This document shows, in pieces, positions 9,709 to 19,275 of a stretch of 64,000 nucleotides of DNA. Position 1 is the first letter of the stretch, and every line of letters begins with the position of its first letter. The translations under genes were made by a program, and so were the position numbers. Origin of the DNA: an uncultured Parachlamydiaceae bacterium (GTDB taxonomy: Bacteria > Chlamydiota > Chlamydiia > Chlamydiales > Parachlamydiaceae); assembly GCA_963742415.1 (NCBI GenBank), contig CAVULX010000003.1, positions 864,001-928,000 on the forward strand, written 5' to 3'. Under the pieces are notes generated by a model. That model was not told the DNA's origin, made no database searches, and saw only the letters and a program-made list of their open reading frames with translations.

Positions 9709-10056
9709 TTAAAACATCTTTCTTAAGATAGAATCAATACTTTGAATGGTATCTAAATATTCATAACAATTTTTAGCGATTGTTAAATCTTCTTGTTTCT
9801 TCAAGTGTGGTTGAATCTCATTAAGCTTCTTTCGAAATTGAACAAGATCGAACAAGTCTTTCTTTGAAATTTTTTCGCCTTCAGAAATCGAAAGCGATAA
9901 ACCTGCATAATAAGCATCAATTTCTATAAGCTCTTCTATCCAATTAGAAAGATCATTAATATACGAAAACTTAGGAAACTGTAGTCCTTTTAACTTCTCA
10001 TGCAAACTTTTCAACTTTCTTTTTTCTTCATCAAATTTCATCATTGAGCCTAACAT
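9709..10056 (-). CDS. Putative immunity protein for the orphan RHS toxin
   Basis: Small AT-rich ORF starting just after the toxin stop at 10061; exact start uncertain (10056 or 10044). Confidence 0.7.
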   Translation of the reverse strand: MLGSMMKFDEEKRKLKSLHEKLKGLQFPKFSYINDLSNWIEELIEIDAYYAGLSLSISEGEKISKKDLFDLVQFRKKLNEIQPHLKKQEDLTIAKNCYEYLDTIQSIDSILRKMF

Positions 10057-10060
10057 AGTT

Positions 10061-11305
10061 CTAATCCCAATAAGTAACAATTTTTTCATCTTCTGTCCAA
10101 AAACCACCTGCTTTTTGACTATTTTGATTTATTTTAATTGAATAACTTTTTTTTCCATTTTTTAAAATAACATTCATTTTTTTATCCTGATTGGTTTTAA
10201 AAAAATGTAATGCATCCTGAGTGTATTCTTTCATAGTTCTCTCACTACCGTGTTTTTGAAAGTGGTATTGAATTGATTTCATGCGATTTGGAAAAGTACC
10301 TCTATCCCATGAATGGAAAAGAAGTTCTGATGTAGATTTAGTCTCATGCCTTATCACAGTTATGCCTTGATTTGCAACAGTACTGCTGCTCCTCATGACC
10401 ATAGCAGTTCCACCCATGCTACCGGCAATGCTAAGTCCGCTATCAACTAGGATTGCGGTTTGGGCCGACATTCCTGCTTTTTGTAGCAGTTGAGAAGTTG
10501 CTGTTTCTTGATGTCTTCCTGAAATAACTGCACCGACTCCAGTGAAAAAATGATCTGAGCCGTGCATCATAATTGGTACTCCAGCTGCAGCACCTACTCC
10601 TGAAATTGTCAATGTTAATACACCACCAATACAAGCTTCTGAAAAGCCTCCAACAACTTGCAATCCTCCCTGAACACGAGGATTGCGAAACATATCAGCA
10701 ATGGTTCCAAATATTCCGCGATCATCCTCACGTTTTTTTTCTTGAACTCGATTCGGATTGCGGAAATGCTCGATGATGCGGTCGGCTTCATATTCATGAA
10801 GGGCGTCGATTTCGGGGGAGAGGCCGAGCTGGTCAAAAAAGGCGAGGGGGTTATTAAGGACATAAGCATAGAGGTTGGGGCCGCCCTCTTGAGCAATAGG
10901 GTCAGGAGTAATCCAGACAGCAGTTGCAGGATTATAATAGCGCAGGCCGAAATAGATGAAGCCGCTTTCAGGATCATGCCGCTTGCCGGCATAACGCCAA
11001 GGATTTAGCGAGCTCATCTGCAGCTGCTGCTCAGCATCATAAATGTTCTCCTCACCAAATGCCGTATACCGATAGGTCTCCACAATACTTCCAGAATGAT
11101 CCAGCAAACAACTGACATGGCCTAGATGATCATGAAGAGGAAAATAAATATTTCCATTCAACTCCATCGCCACTGCTGGATTGCCTCGACCGAATCCCAA
11201 AACACGCAATTCGTTAATAGCACCATCCGCCTGACATGATCCCAATTCGAAATGATCCATCACTTCGAAAATAAGCACCTCTGCCATCAGAAGTGTAAAT
11301 TTCAA
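10061..11305 (-). CDS. Orphan RHS module: duplicated core end plus alternative C-terminal toxin (HFxKHG, RNase-like)
   Basis: PWRYAGKR..YFGLRYYNP..WITPDP..NLYAYV.NNP..DQLGL core, near-identical to 13129-13627, then a Gly/Ala-rich hydrophobic linker and a YHFQKHG...IVTYWD tip. No native start; homology begins at about 11259. Confidence 0.8.
   Translation of the reverse strand: MKFTLLMAEVLIFEVMDHFELGSCQADGAINELRVLGFGRGNPAVAMELNGNIYFPLHDHLGHVSCLLDHSGSIVETYRYTAFGEENIYDAEQQLQMSSLNPWRYAGKRHDPESGFIYFGLRYYNPATAVWITPDPIAQEGGPNLYAYVLNNPLAFFDQLGLSPEIDALHEYEADRIIEHFRNPNRVQEKKREDDRGIFGTIADMFRNPRVQGGLQVVGGFSEACIGGVLTLTISGVGAAAGVPIMMHGSDHFFTGVGAVISGRHQETATSQLLQKAGMSAQTAILVDSGLSIAGSMGGTAMVMRSSSTVANQGITVIRHETKSTSELLFHSWDRGTFPNRMKSIQYHFQKHGSERTMKEYTQDALHFFKTNQDKKMNVILKNGKKSYSIKINQNSQKAGGFWTEDEKIVTYWD
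10761..11259. repeat. About 500-bp duplication of the RHS core 3' end (partner 13129-13627)
   Basis: Near-identical sequence at a constant offset of 2368. Confidence 0.92.
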
Positions 11306-11385
11306 ATCCTTTTTTATCTTCCTTAATAATGATTTCAGGATGCGTCAAAATATCATCCAAGTGGTATTGACCTTGGGCTTTTTTG
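11260..11385 (-). pseudogene. Truncated toxin-tip fragment homologous to the main RHS toxin
   Basis: KAQGQYHLDDILTHPE...DGRGAYFRSDGSF against NAQGQYHLDDILTHPD...GPGARFSKEGEF in the 12432 ORF. Confidence 0.7.
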
Positions 11386-11427
11386 TAGCGACATGCCGGT
11401 TGTTCTAGGAAAAAAACTCCCATTTCT

Positions 11428-11922
11428 CTAAGGTTCATCAGAAGAAGGTTTTTGCATTTCCCATAGAGCATTTTTTGCAGAATTCAGTGCTGCCTCAAAT
11501 TCCGAAAATTTAAAAATCCAAAATTTTTGATTTGGCGGAGAATGTATTTCAATTTCCAAATTCTCAAAACCTCGTTCCTGAGTAAGAATTCCAACAAATT
11601 GATCTTCGAAAAAAAATTCTGCACAAAGCTCATTATAATCTAAATCGCTAGATATTAAAATTTTAAATGGATGTTCTTTTGGAATTTTCTCATAATACGA
11701 AGCCAACGACTCGGACAACGAGGAAGATTCATCTGTTCTTTCATAAACGCCTTCAATATAACTACCACCTCTATAAATAAATTGGATTGCATTAACAAAT
11801 TTAATCTCTATAATTTTATCATCCCAAGAATTAAGATAAACTATTAAGTCATCATTACTTTCGCCTGTACAAGATTTATAGGAAGCGTCTGCAAAATCCA
11901 CATTAGGTGCAACTTCTTTCAT
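11428..11922 (-). CDS. Orphan immunity gene, apparently a fusion of two immunity types
   Basis: C-half ISSDLDYNELCAE..TQE..LEIEIHSP..FW aligns with 12181-12414; the N-half is unrelated; GAGG RBS after a toxin-tail remnant. Confidence 0.7.
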   Translation of the reverse strand: MKEVAPNVDFADASYKSCTGESNDDLIVYLNSWDDKIIEIKFVNAIQFIYRGGSYIEGVYERTDESSSLSESLASYYEKIPKEHPFKILISSDLDYNELCAEFFFEDQFVGILTQERGFENLEIEIHSPPNQKFWIFKFSEFEAALNSAKNALWEMQKPSSDEP

Positions 11923-11976
11923 TTACAACCTCTTTAAAATCCCGGAAAAAATTCATCGGGTAAAAATCCTGTACCT

Positions 11977-12107
11977 GAACCAGCCGTCCCATGCTGTCAT
12001 ACTCCCATACCGTGTGCATTTCACGGGTAGAAACATCAGGAGTGAAGACCGTTTCGGTCAGATGGCAGCAGTTCCCATTGAGGTCATAACTATAGGCGCT
12101 TTTTTTA
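11977..12107. repeat. 131-bp duplicated internal RHS fragment (partner 14294-14424)
   Basis: Near-identical sequence; fused to a toxin-tail remnant GSGTGFLPDEFFPGF*. Confidence 0.9.
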
Positions 12108-12180
12108 ATGACCTTTCCACATATTGTTTGTTTATTTAAAGATGTTCGAAAAGGCCAGAATTTTGTTAGAATTATTTTTT

Positions 12181-12414
12181 TTAGCTCGTGTTTTGACCAA
12201 GTAAGTAATTTTTACCATCTTCTAAGGCTTGTTGAAAATCTAACAAAGAAACTTCCCACCATTTTTCCTTCTGAGGGGAATAGATTTCTAACATCAGTAC
12301 ATCAGTTTCTTGAGAAATTTCTGCTATGATTTCATTCTTGTAGGTAATCTCACAGGTTAATTTTTCTCGATCATACGCACTAACGATTGTAAATTCAAAT
12401 AATCCTTTTATCAT
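12181..12414 (-). CDS. Cognate immunity protein of the main RHS toxin
   Basis: 77-aa acidic ORF starting 17 nt after the toxin stop. Confidence 0.78.
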   Translation of the reverse strand: MIKGLFEFTIVSAYDREKLTCEITYKNEIIAEISQETDVLMLEIYSPQKEKWWEVSLLDFQQALEDGKNYLLGQNTS

Positions 12415-12431
12415 AATGCATGGAATGTTTG

Positions 12432-15400
12432 TTAAGGATTTAAAAAACCAATAAACTCACCCTCTTTAGAAAATCTTGCCCCTGGGCCATTCGCTATTTT
12501 AACATCGATAACATCGCCACCATATCTCTCTCGATAACTTCGTACAATAATACTATCAGGATGTGTCAAGATATCATCCAAGTGGTATTGACCTTGAGCA
12601 TTTTTGCTAGCAGCATTGCCTGTAGCTTTAGGAAAAACACTACCAGGACGGCCTCCATGCTTATCTAATGCGCGTCCAGCTTTGTTTAAGCCTCCTCGGT
12701 CCAAAATCTGACCAGCTTTGGATAACGTATTTACACATGGCAGTGATTGTTTTGCAAGGATTTTTGTCGCACTAAACGATCCGATCTTTATCGCATTGCT
12801 TAAGCAGGGCAATTCTCCCCGAACTAAATTATTGTTGAATTGGTTCCTTAAAAGAACATTTTCAGAATATCGTTTGGTTAAATCTGGGGTAACATCTAAT
12901 GCCCAATCGCAAACATGACAGGCAAAACTAATAGGATCAACACCTTCAAAATCTAAATTATTACGACCTCCCAGACACTTATAGTCAAAATATCCAAAAA
13001 TACCAAGCCGAACATCCCTATATGCTTCAGTAATAGCCCTACAAGCCCTTCTTAAAAAAGATGGATTTTGTTCCCGGTTAGGTTGCAAACGCTCTTTTTC
13101 TATCGATTTATTACAGCTTTCCTGACTTCGGAAATGCTCAATGATGCGGTCGGCTTCATATTCATGAAGGGCGTCGATTTCGGGAGAAAGACCGAGCTGG
13201 TCAAAAAAGGCGAGGGGGTTATTAAGGACATAAGCATAGAGGTTGGGGCCGCCCTCTTGAGCAATAGGGTCAGGAGTAATCCAGACAGCAGTTGCAGGAT
13301 CATAATAGCGCAGGCCGAAATAGATGAAGCCGCTTTCAGGATCATGCCGCTTGCCGGCATAACGCCAAGGATTTAGCGAGCTCATCTGCAGCTGCTGCTC
13401 AGCATCATAAATGTTCTCCTCACCAAATGCCGTATACCGATAGGTCTCCACAATACTTCCAGAATGATCCAGCAAACAACTGACATGGCCTAGATGATCA
13501 TGAAGAGGAAAATAAATATTTCCATTCAACTCCATCGCCACTGCTGGATTGCCTCGACCGAATCCCAAAACACGCAATTCGTTAATAGCACCATCCGCCT
13601 GACATGATCCCAATTCGAGATGATCCACATAGAAAAAGAGCTGCTTGAACTGAAGCTGCCAAACATCCCCTTGCTTCTCATAAAAGGTTTTCGAAAGACG
13701 ACGATTGGCTTCGTCATAGGCATAAACGACTTTAGTATCCCCATTCAATATCTCTCTCAACCTATCCTGAGCATCATATTGATACTCCGTATGCCCTGAA
13801 GTTGTATCTGCTGCTATACGATTGCCATTAAGATCATATCCATAATCTCCTTGATCGCTCTTCAGCAACTGGTTAAGGGTATTAAAGTTATAAGAAGCTT
13901 CATCCTTTTGAACATGATTGTAAAGGGAATCATTGAGGTACTTATGTGAAACAGTTCCTGATTCTTCAATCAACTGATACAGGTCATCATAAGCAAATCT
14001 TAATTCCAGACCATTGGCTTGCATCTCTTTGACAACCCTTCCTAAAGGATCATACTCTTTTTGCGTTGTGGTCTGTGAAATGCTTTCATGGACTGAAAGG
14101 GTGTTGTCATTGTGGTCATAAGTGTAAGCATAATGGAATGAGTCGGAAGAAAATGTCTGCAGACGCCCCAGAAAATCATAAGTATGGGACAATGCAGTGC
14201 CATCGGCTTTGGTGATTTTTTCCAATTGCCCATAAGCATTAGAACTTCGATGCACACTCTTTTGTTCAGGGGTTCCAGCCGCTTCAACCGCCAGAACCAG
14301 CCGTCCCATGCTGTCATACTCCCATACCGTGTGCACTTCACGGGTAGAAACATCAGGAGTGAAGACCGTTTCGGTCAGATGGCAGCAGTTCCCATTGAGG
14401 TCATAACTATAGGCGCTTTTTTTAGTGATTTGCCCATATGCATTTTTATAGACTTCTTCCGTCTGTCTCCCTAAAGCATCATAAATTTCAAGGATGCTAT
14501 TGCCATTGGGGTCGATGGTTTCTTTTGAAGGGATGGCATAGTCATAGCGGATATAAGTTACCCTTCCCATCGGGTCGGTCATCTGAATCGGCTCGTTGCG
14601 GAAGTTATAGACTGTGGAGCTGACCGCAGACTCCCTCTTCGCGAAGTTGCACCGTTTGGATTTTATTGCCTGCTTCGTCGTAGACATAGCTTGTTTGACT
14701 GTAAACAATCTCTGCTTGATCTTGGACCTTTTCTTCTACAACTTTTCCTAAGAAATCATACTGGAAATGGGTGGCTAAATAATCAGTAGCGGACGAGTAT
14801 TGACGCGTTTCGGCGATGAACCCTTGCCGATCGTAAAAATGCTCTGTCCGTTGCCCCTCTTTTTCTGTTCTAATGAGGCGTCCAGCCCCGTCGTAGGAAT
14901 AATAGGTAGTGATCCCTTCCGGATCTGTTTCGCTAGTCAGGTGGAACGGATTGTAGGTGCGGCTTTCCACCGTGAGCAGTTCACCTGCGGGGGAGTAGGT
15001 CTCTTTTTTGATCAAGCGAGCGAGGTAATCGTAGTTATACAGGGTATAGACACCATTGGCTGCGACCGATTTGCTTAGCTGCCCTTTGACCGTATATTCG
15101 AACCGCTCTTGTGTGCCATCGGGGTGGCAGACATAATAAGGCTTTCCCAGAATTGTGGAGCGGGTGGTTGCCGTATGGCCGCAAGGATCTGTCACCGAAG
15201 TGACATGCCCCAAGGGGTCGTATGTTTTAGACGCTACCGCTGTGACACATTTCCCCTTTTCGTTGAGAACTTCAGGAAAAATCGTTTGAACCACTCGATT
15301 GAAATCATCGTACACAAAGTGGGTGGTCTTACCGTGAATATCTGTTGTCGACGTTCGATTGCCAAGTAGATCGTAAGCGTGGAGTGGTGGTCAGCCTTTG

Positions 15401-17510
15401 GGAACCCTTCTCTTCCCGGATGAGGCGGTTCATGTAATCGTAGGCATATGTGCGGATCATCTCAGGAAGCGGGCCCTGTTCACGAATCGTATTGCCGTTG
15501 CCGTCATAGCTGCGCGAAATCTTGTGTCCTAGGGCGTTAGTCTCTTCGAGAACATGCCCCATAGCGTCATACACCCAAGTCAAGGTATAGAGTTCTTGCC
15601 ATTGGCTATCGTAATGGGTTTGACGGATCAAATGCCCTTGATCGTCGAAGGTGTTGACTAATCCCTTTAAAAGACGCTCTTTACCTGTTGCCAAGTTGAG
15701 GCATTTTTCTCTGACCTCGCAAGGCAAGCCTACAGGAAAAGTCGAAGTATTTTTTATCCGGCGGATTTTTCGCTCAGTAACCCCTGTCAGATTGTCTCTA
15801 TCTAAGGTGGTGCCATCATCGCTGATTTCCAGGGTCACGGCTCCATTTTCATCATAAGAGAAAAATTCCCGCATGCGGATATTTCCCACATCCATCGTAT
15901 AACGGGCTTCAAGCAGATCGGTGCCCTCGATATAACTGTATTTGAAATTATGGGGTTTATCGGGGCAGTTTTCATAACGGACAAGATTTCTGTCGTCATT
16001 GGTGTATAGACGTCCGATGTAAAGGTGATCGCACCCATTTTCGATCCCTTTCCCTTGTGGATCTAAAGCCACAGCCGGCTGTTCTTTTCCCGTGAGATTG
16101 CCGTAGAGATGTTCATGTAAAACATTTCCCCGGTCATCATATACATAATTGCGGCAAAAGAGGTTGCTTCCTTTGGAAGCAAAAACTTTGGACATGAGGT
16201 TGCCGCAATCGGGAGTGCCGGGTTCACCCCAGACGAACCGCTCCTCAGCATAAGAAACACGGGGAGGGGTGCCTGCAAAATGTTCAATCTTGGTCAGCCG
16301 TTCCCGAGAGCTATAGTGGTAGATTTTGCATCGATCGTAGGCATCATAGACTTCGGTGCGCAACGAAGATAAATCATACAAAAAGCGGTAGATCGGAATC
16401 GGCGTCTCATCGCTGCCTGCCGGGGCTCTGAGCTGCATGACACGACCTACAACATCCCCTTGAGCGTGGGTTATAGAGTTGGGCCAAACCCGATTTCCCC
16501 CTTCGCTGAAGTAACCGATCTCCAAGCAACGCCCTTCGGGAAGATCCTTGCGGACCATTTTTTGGTGTCCAGGATGATGGATGAGGATGGAGGCATAGAT
16601 GTAAGACTCTTCAGGAGATTGCTCTCTCTTTGCTTTGGTTAGGATCCAATGGGTGCTTTTTTCCCATCTGCTTGGAAAGTCATCGAGGCCGTCGCTCCAA
16701 GACTTATATTTCACGCGACGATATTCCAACTGCGCTAGCTGCTTACCATCTTGCAGCACAGAATAGGTGCGGGCATGGTCAGCCCCTTTGGTTAGCGAAA
16801 ACTGGAGCTGATTTATGACTTTGCCTTGGCTATTTAAAGCTTGAATCTGATCGAAGTAACTGTAGTTAAAATTTTTATATGAATCATCCTTAAAAGTGTA
16901 GGTCAATTGATTCCGGTTGGGTTTTACCGTCTTTTTGATGTAGTGGGTTGAATGACTATCAGAGGGAGTGGTAAAATAGTGTGCTGTCCCTGTGCCCTCT
17001 TTAGCGATGGTTTCTCTTTTTTCAATCGCGAGCCGTTTATAGGTTGTAGCGGCCGCTCATCACCCCTCTGGGAGTATTGGTGACCCCTTTATGGAGAGCC
17101 TCCGGCTTGACGCCGAGAAAGGCGTTGCGGCGATAGCGATCCCCTTCAAAAGGGAATTCGGCCCCAAAAGCATCCCGCTGGACAATGGTGATGGAATTTC
17201 CGTAAGTACTTTCCCGGTAAAGACTGATGTCGTGGTTAAAGCTCCAGGCTTTAAAGAAAGTACTATCCCGCTCATCGGAGCTGCAGTAGAAACGTTGCAG
17301 CATTAAAGGCTCGATGCCAGGCAGCACTACATCGGTTTGCATGTCGACGTAGTCGCCGGTGATCACGTTGACGGAATGGTAGACCAGAGTATTTGGATCC
17401 CCCTCCAAGCTTGTCAGGGCATTTTCAGCGCCGAAGAAGGTTCTGTCTTCGTTTTGACCAAAAGCAAAGGCATGGATAACAAGAAGGCAAAGTACAAAAA
17501 TCGGTTTCAT
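12432..17510 (-). pseudogene. RHS/YD-repeat polymorphic toxin with Sec-like signal peptide, split by three frameshifts (about 17040, 15382, 14633)
   Basis: ORFs 17510-17037, 16906-15329, 15315-14605 and 14708-12432 join into one protein: MKPIFVLCLLVIHAFAFG signal, VNVITGDY N-domain, many YD repeats, RHS core ending DQLGL, tip AGRALDKHGGRPGS...FIGFLNP. Confidence 0.88.
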
Positions 17511-17677
17511 GTGTAATTTCCCATTTGGACAGTTTCACAATGCAAATGGGCGAGGTGTTAACGGAAAAGTGTTTCAAAAACAAGATATTTTTGAAATTTA
17601 TTAAATAAAAAAATTATTTTTCATTATAGCAGGAGAGCGTAGCCTTGGAAGTTTCTATTGTTTAACTCCGCAGCTAG

Positions 17678-17717
17678 GTTATTAATAACCTAGCTCTGGA
17701 AGAAGCGACAGGTTTAA
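17678..17717 (+). repeat. 40-bp direct repeat, copy B; overlaps the perfect 24-bp palindrome AGCTAGGTTATTAATAACCTAGCT (17672-17695) after the brnQ stop
   Basis: 36/40 identical to 9497-9536. Confidence 0.8.
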
Positions 17718-17719
17718 TT

Positions 17720-18886
17720 TTATAAAAAGTAAAGATATGTCGAGAAAGCAAACGCAGCAAAAACAGGCACTTTGATCGGTGTAAAATTTTTAAGGCGATA
17801 AAGAATATTTAAGACTGTAAGGATAATCAAGCCTGGATAACAAATTTGTAAAATCGGCGAAAGAAATTTGGAAATCCCTGTAAATTCAAAAGTCGATACA
17901 AAAAATGTCAAAAGCAATGACCCAAGCAGCGTCCATTCGTAACTTATTTTTTGCTTAAAAACCTCTTTTTGAATGAAGTCTGTAAAGGCAGATATCAATG
18001 CGATAGCTGTTGTTAAACAGGCCAAAGCAATGGTAATGCATACAAGAATTCCCGCCTTAGCGCCTGCAATCCTCATCGTAATAGCTGGGAGCAATTCATC
18101 TTTTCCACTGATATCGAGATAACTTCCATGAAAAGCTGCAAGGTAACTGAACCCTACATAAATGAGGGCAAGTAAACAAGCTCCAACAATGCTAGCGCGA
18201 AAGGCTGTTTTTATATAACTATTCGAGGAGTGCTCAGTGGATTCATCTTTCTGTAAGCGCACTCTCAAAAGATTTAATATTGTCGATGAAAAGAAGAACG
18301 CCGCTAATAAATCCATCGTATTATAACCTTCCTTTAGTCCATGCAAAAACATGGCGGAATTGGTTTCATTGACGTTCTGCATATTTGGTTCAGCAATTAG
18401 CCCCATGATAATGATAGAAATAAGAGAAATTAACAAGGCCGGGGTCAAAACCCATCCTAGAAGAGTTAAGATTTGATTTTTTCTAAAGGTGAAAAGAAAA
18501 ATAGTTCCACAGGCTAACGCACTAAACAGAACAGGAGGTATGTTCATAAAAGAACTTTTCAATGTTGTGTAAGATAGTGCAATACACCTCGGAGTAGACC
18601 CTAAGGGGCCCAAAAGGCTAATGATGATGAGGGCAAGCAAAAATCCGGGGATCTTTCCTAACCTTCCAAAAAATTGCCGGTAATTCCCATCAAACAAAAT
18701 CATGGCAATGACACCGGCTATAGGCATGATAGCAGCTGTGAGGATCAACCCGGACATCGCATAAAAGTTTTTATCTCCCGCATATTGCCCGACAGCTAAC
18801 GGAAAAATAATATTGCCTGCTCCAAAAAACATCGAAAACATGGCTAGCCCGATTGCTAGTGATTGTGATTTTAATAATTTATTCAT
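17720..18886 (-). CDS. brnQ: Branched-chain amino acid transport system II carrier
   Basis: GLAMFSMFFGAGNIIFP, GPLGSTPR, EGYNTMDLLAA, LACLTTAI; about 12 TM segments. Confidence 0.95.
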   Translation of the reverse strand: MNKLLKSQSLAIGLAMFSMFFGAGNIIFPLAVGQYAGDKNFYAMSGLILTAAIMPIAGVIAMILFDGNYRQFFGRLGKIPGFLLALIIISLLGPLGSTPRCIALSYTTLKSSFMNIPPVLFSALACGTIFLFTFRKNQILTLLGWVLTPALLISLISIIIMGLIAEPNMQNVNETNSAMFLHGLKEGYNTMDLLAAFFFSSTILNLLRVRLQKDESTEHSSNSYIKTAFRASIVGACLLALIYVGFSYLAAFHGSYLDISGKDELLPAITMRIAGAKAGILVCITIALACLTTAIALISAFTDFIQKEVFKQKISYEWTLLGSLLLTFFVSTFEFTGISKFLSPILQICYPGLIILTVLNILYRLKNFTPIKVPVFAAFAFSTYLYFL

Positions 18887-19014
18887 GGTTTTTATTTATT
18901 TACCTCTATTGTGGTTTATTTCCATCGCATGCCACAGGCACGATGAATTAGGTCAGGTTGACTCTGCTGACTTTGTTTTTGTTAGTTCGAATGATGATGT
19001 ATGGGTGGAATAAA

Positions 19015-19080
19015 TTATATGTGCGCGAAGCGCACGACGACGACGGCAGACACAACCACGGCAACAAAAGAGGATAGCAT
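19015..19080 (-). CDS. Putative Val-rich attenuator leader peptide of brnQ (MLSSFVAVVVSAVVVVRFAHI)
   Basis: 21 codons, 8 of them Val in two runs; GAAGG RBS upstream; ends 128 nt before brnQ; hairpin GTGCGC-TTC-GCGCAC at the end of the Val run. Confidence 0.78.
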   Translation of the reverse strand: MLSSFVAVVVSAVVVVRFAHI

Positions 19081-19236
19081 AGTAATAGAGCCTTCATGCT
19101 CCAATGCTTCGCTAATAATGTTACTATTTTTCTTTAAATAAGACATAAAAAAACAAAATTCCCCTTTTGTGAAAGTAACATATTTCACCCATTTTTTGCA
19201 AACCAAAAAATGAAGAGCTTCAATTTAGAGAAAAAC

Positions 19237-19266
19237 AAAGCTCAGGTTAAAGTTTGCCTGAGCTTT
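19237..19266 (-). terminator. Intrinsic terminator of the TauD gene
   Basis: AAAGCTCAGG...CCTGAGCTTT stem, followed on the minus strand by GTTTTT. Confidence 0.65.
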
Positions 19267-19275
19267 ATTCCAGGA

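Noticed and set aside
14605..17060. Programmed frameshifting or phase variation in the RHS gene
   Set aside because: The break sites lack slippery heptamers or long homopolymers.
18887..19200. T-box or riboswitch upstream of brnQ
   Set aside because: I see no T-box consensus (TGGNACC) and no U-tailed terminator; the leader peptide explains the region better.
19015..19206. 63-aa ORF in the ORF track
   Set aside because: Only the last 21 codons have an ATG with an RBS and a meaningful composition; the upstream part looks like AT-rich promoter DNA.
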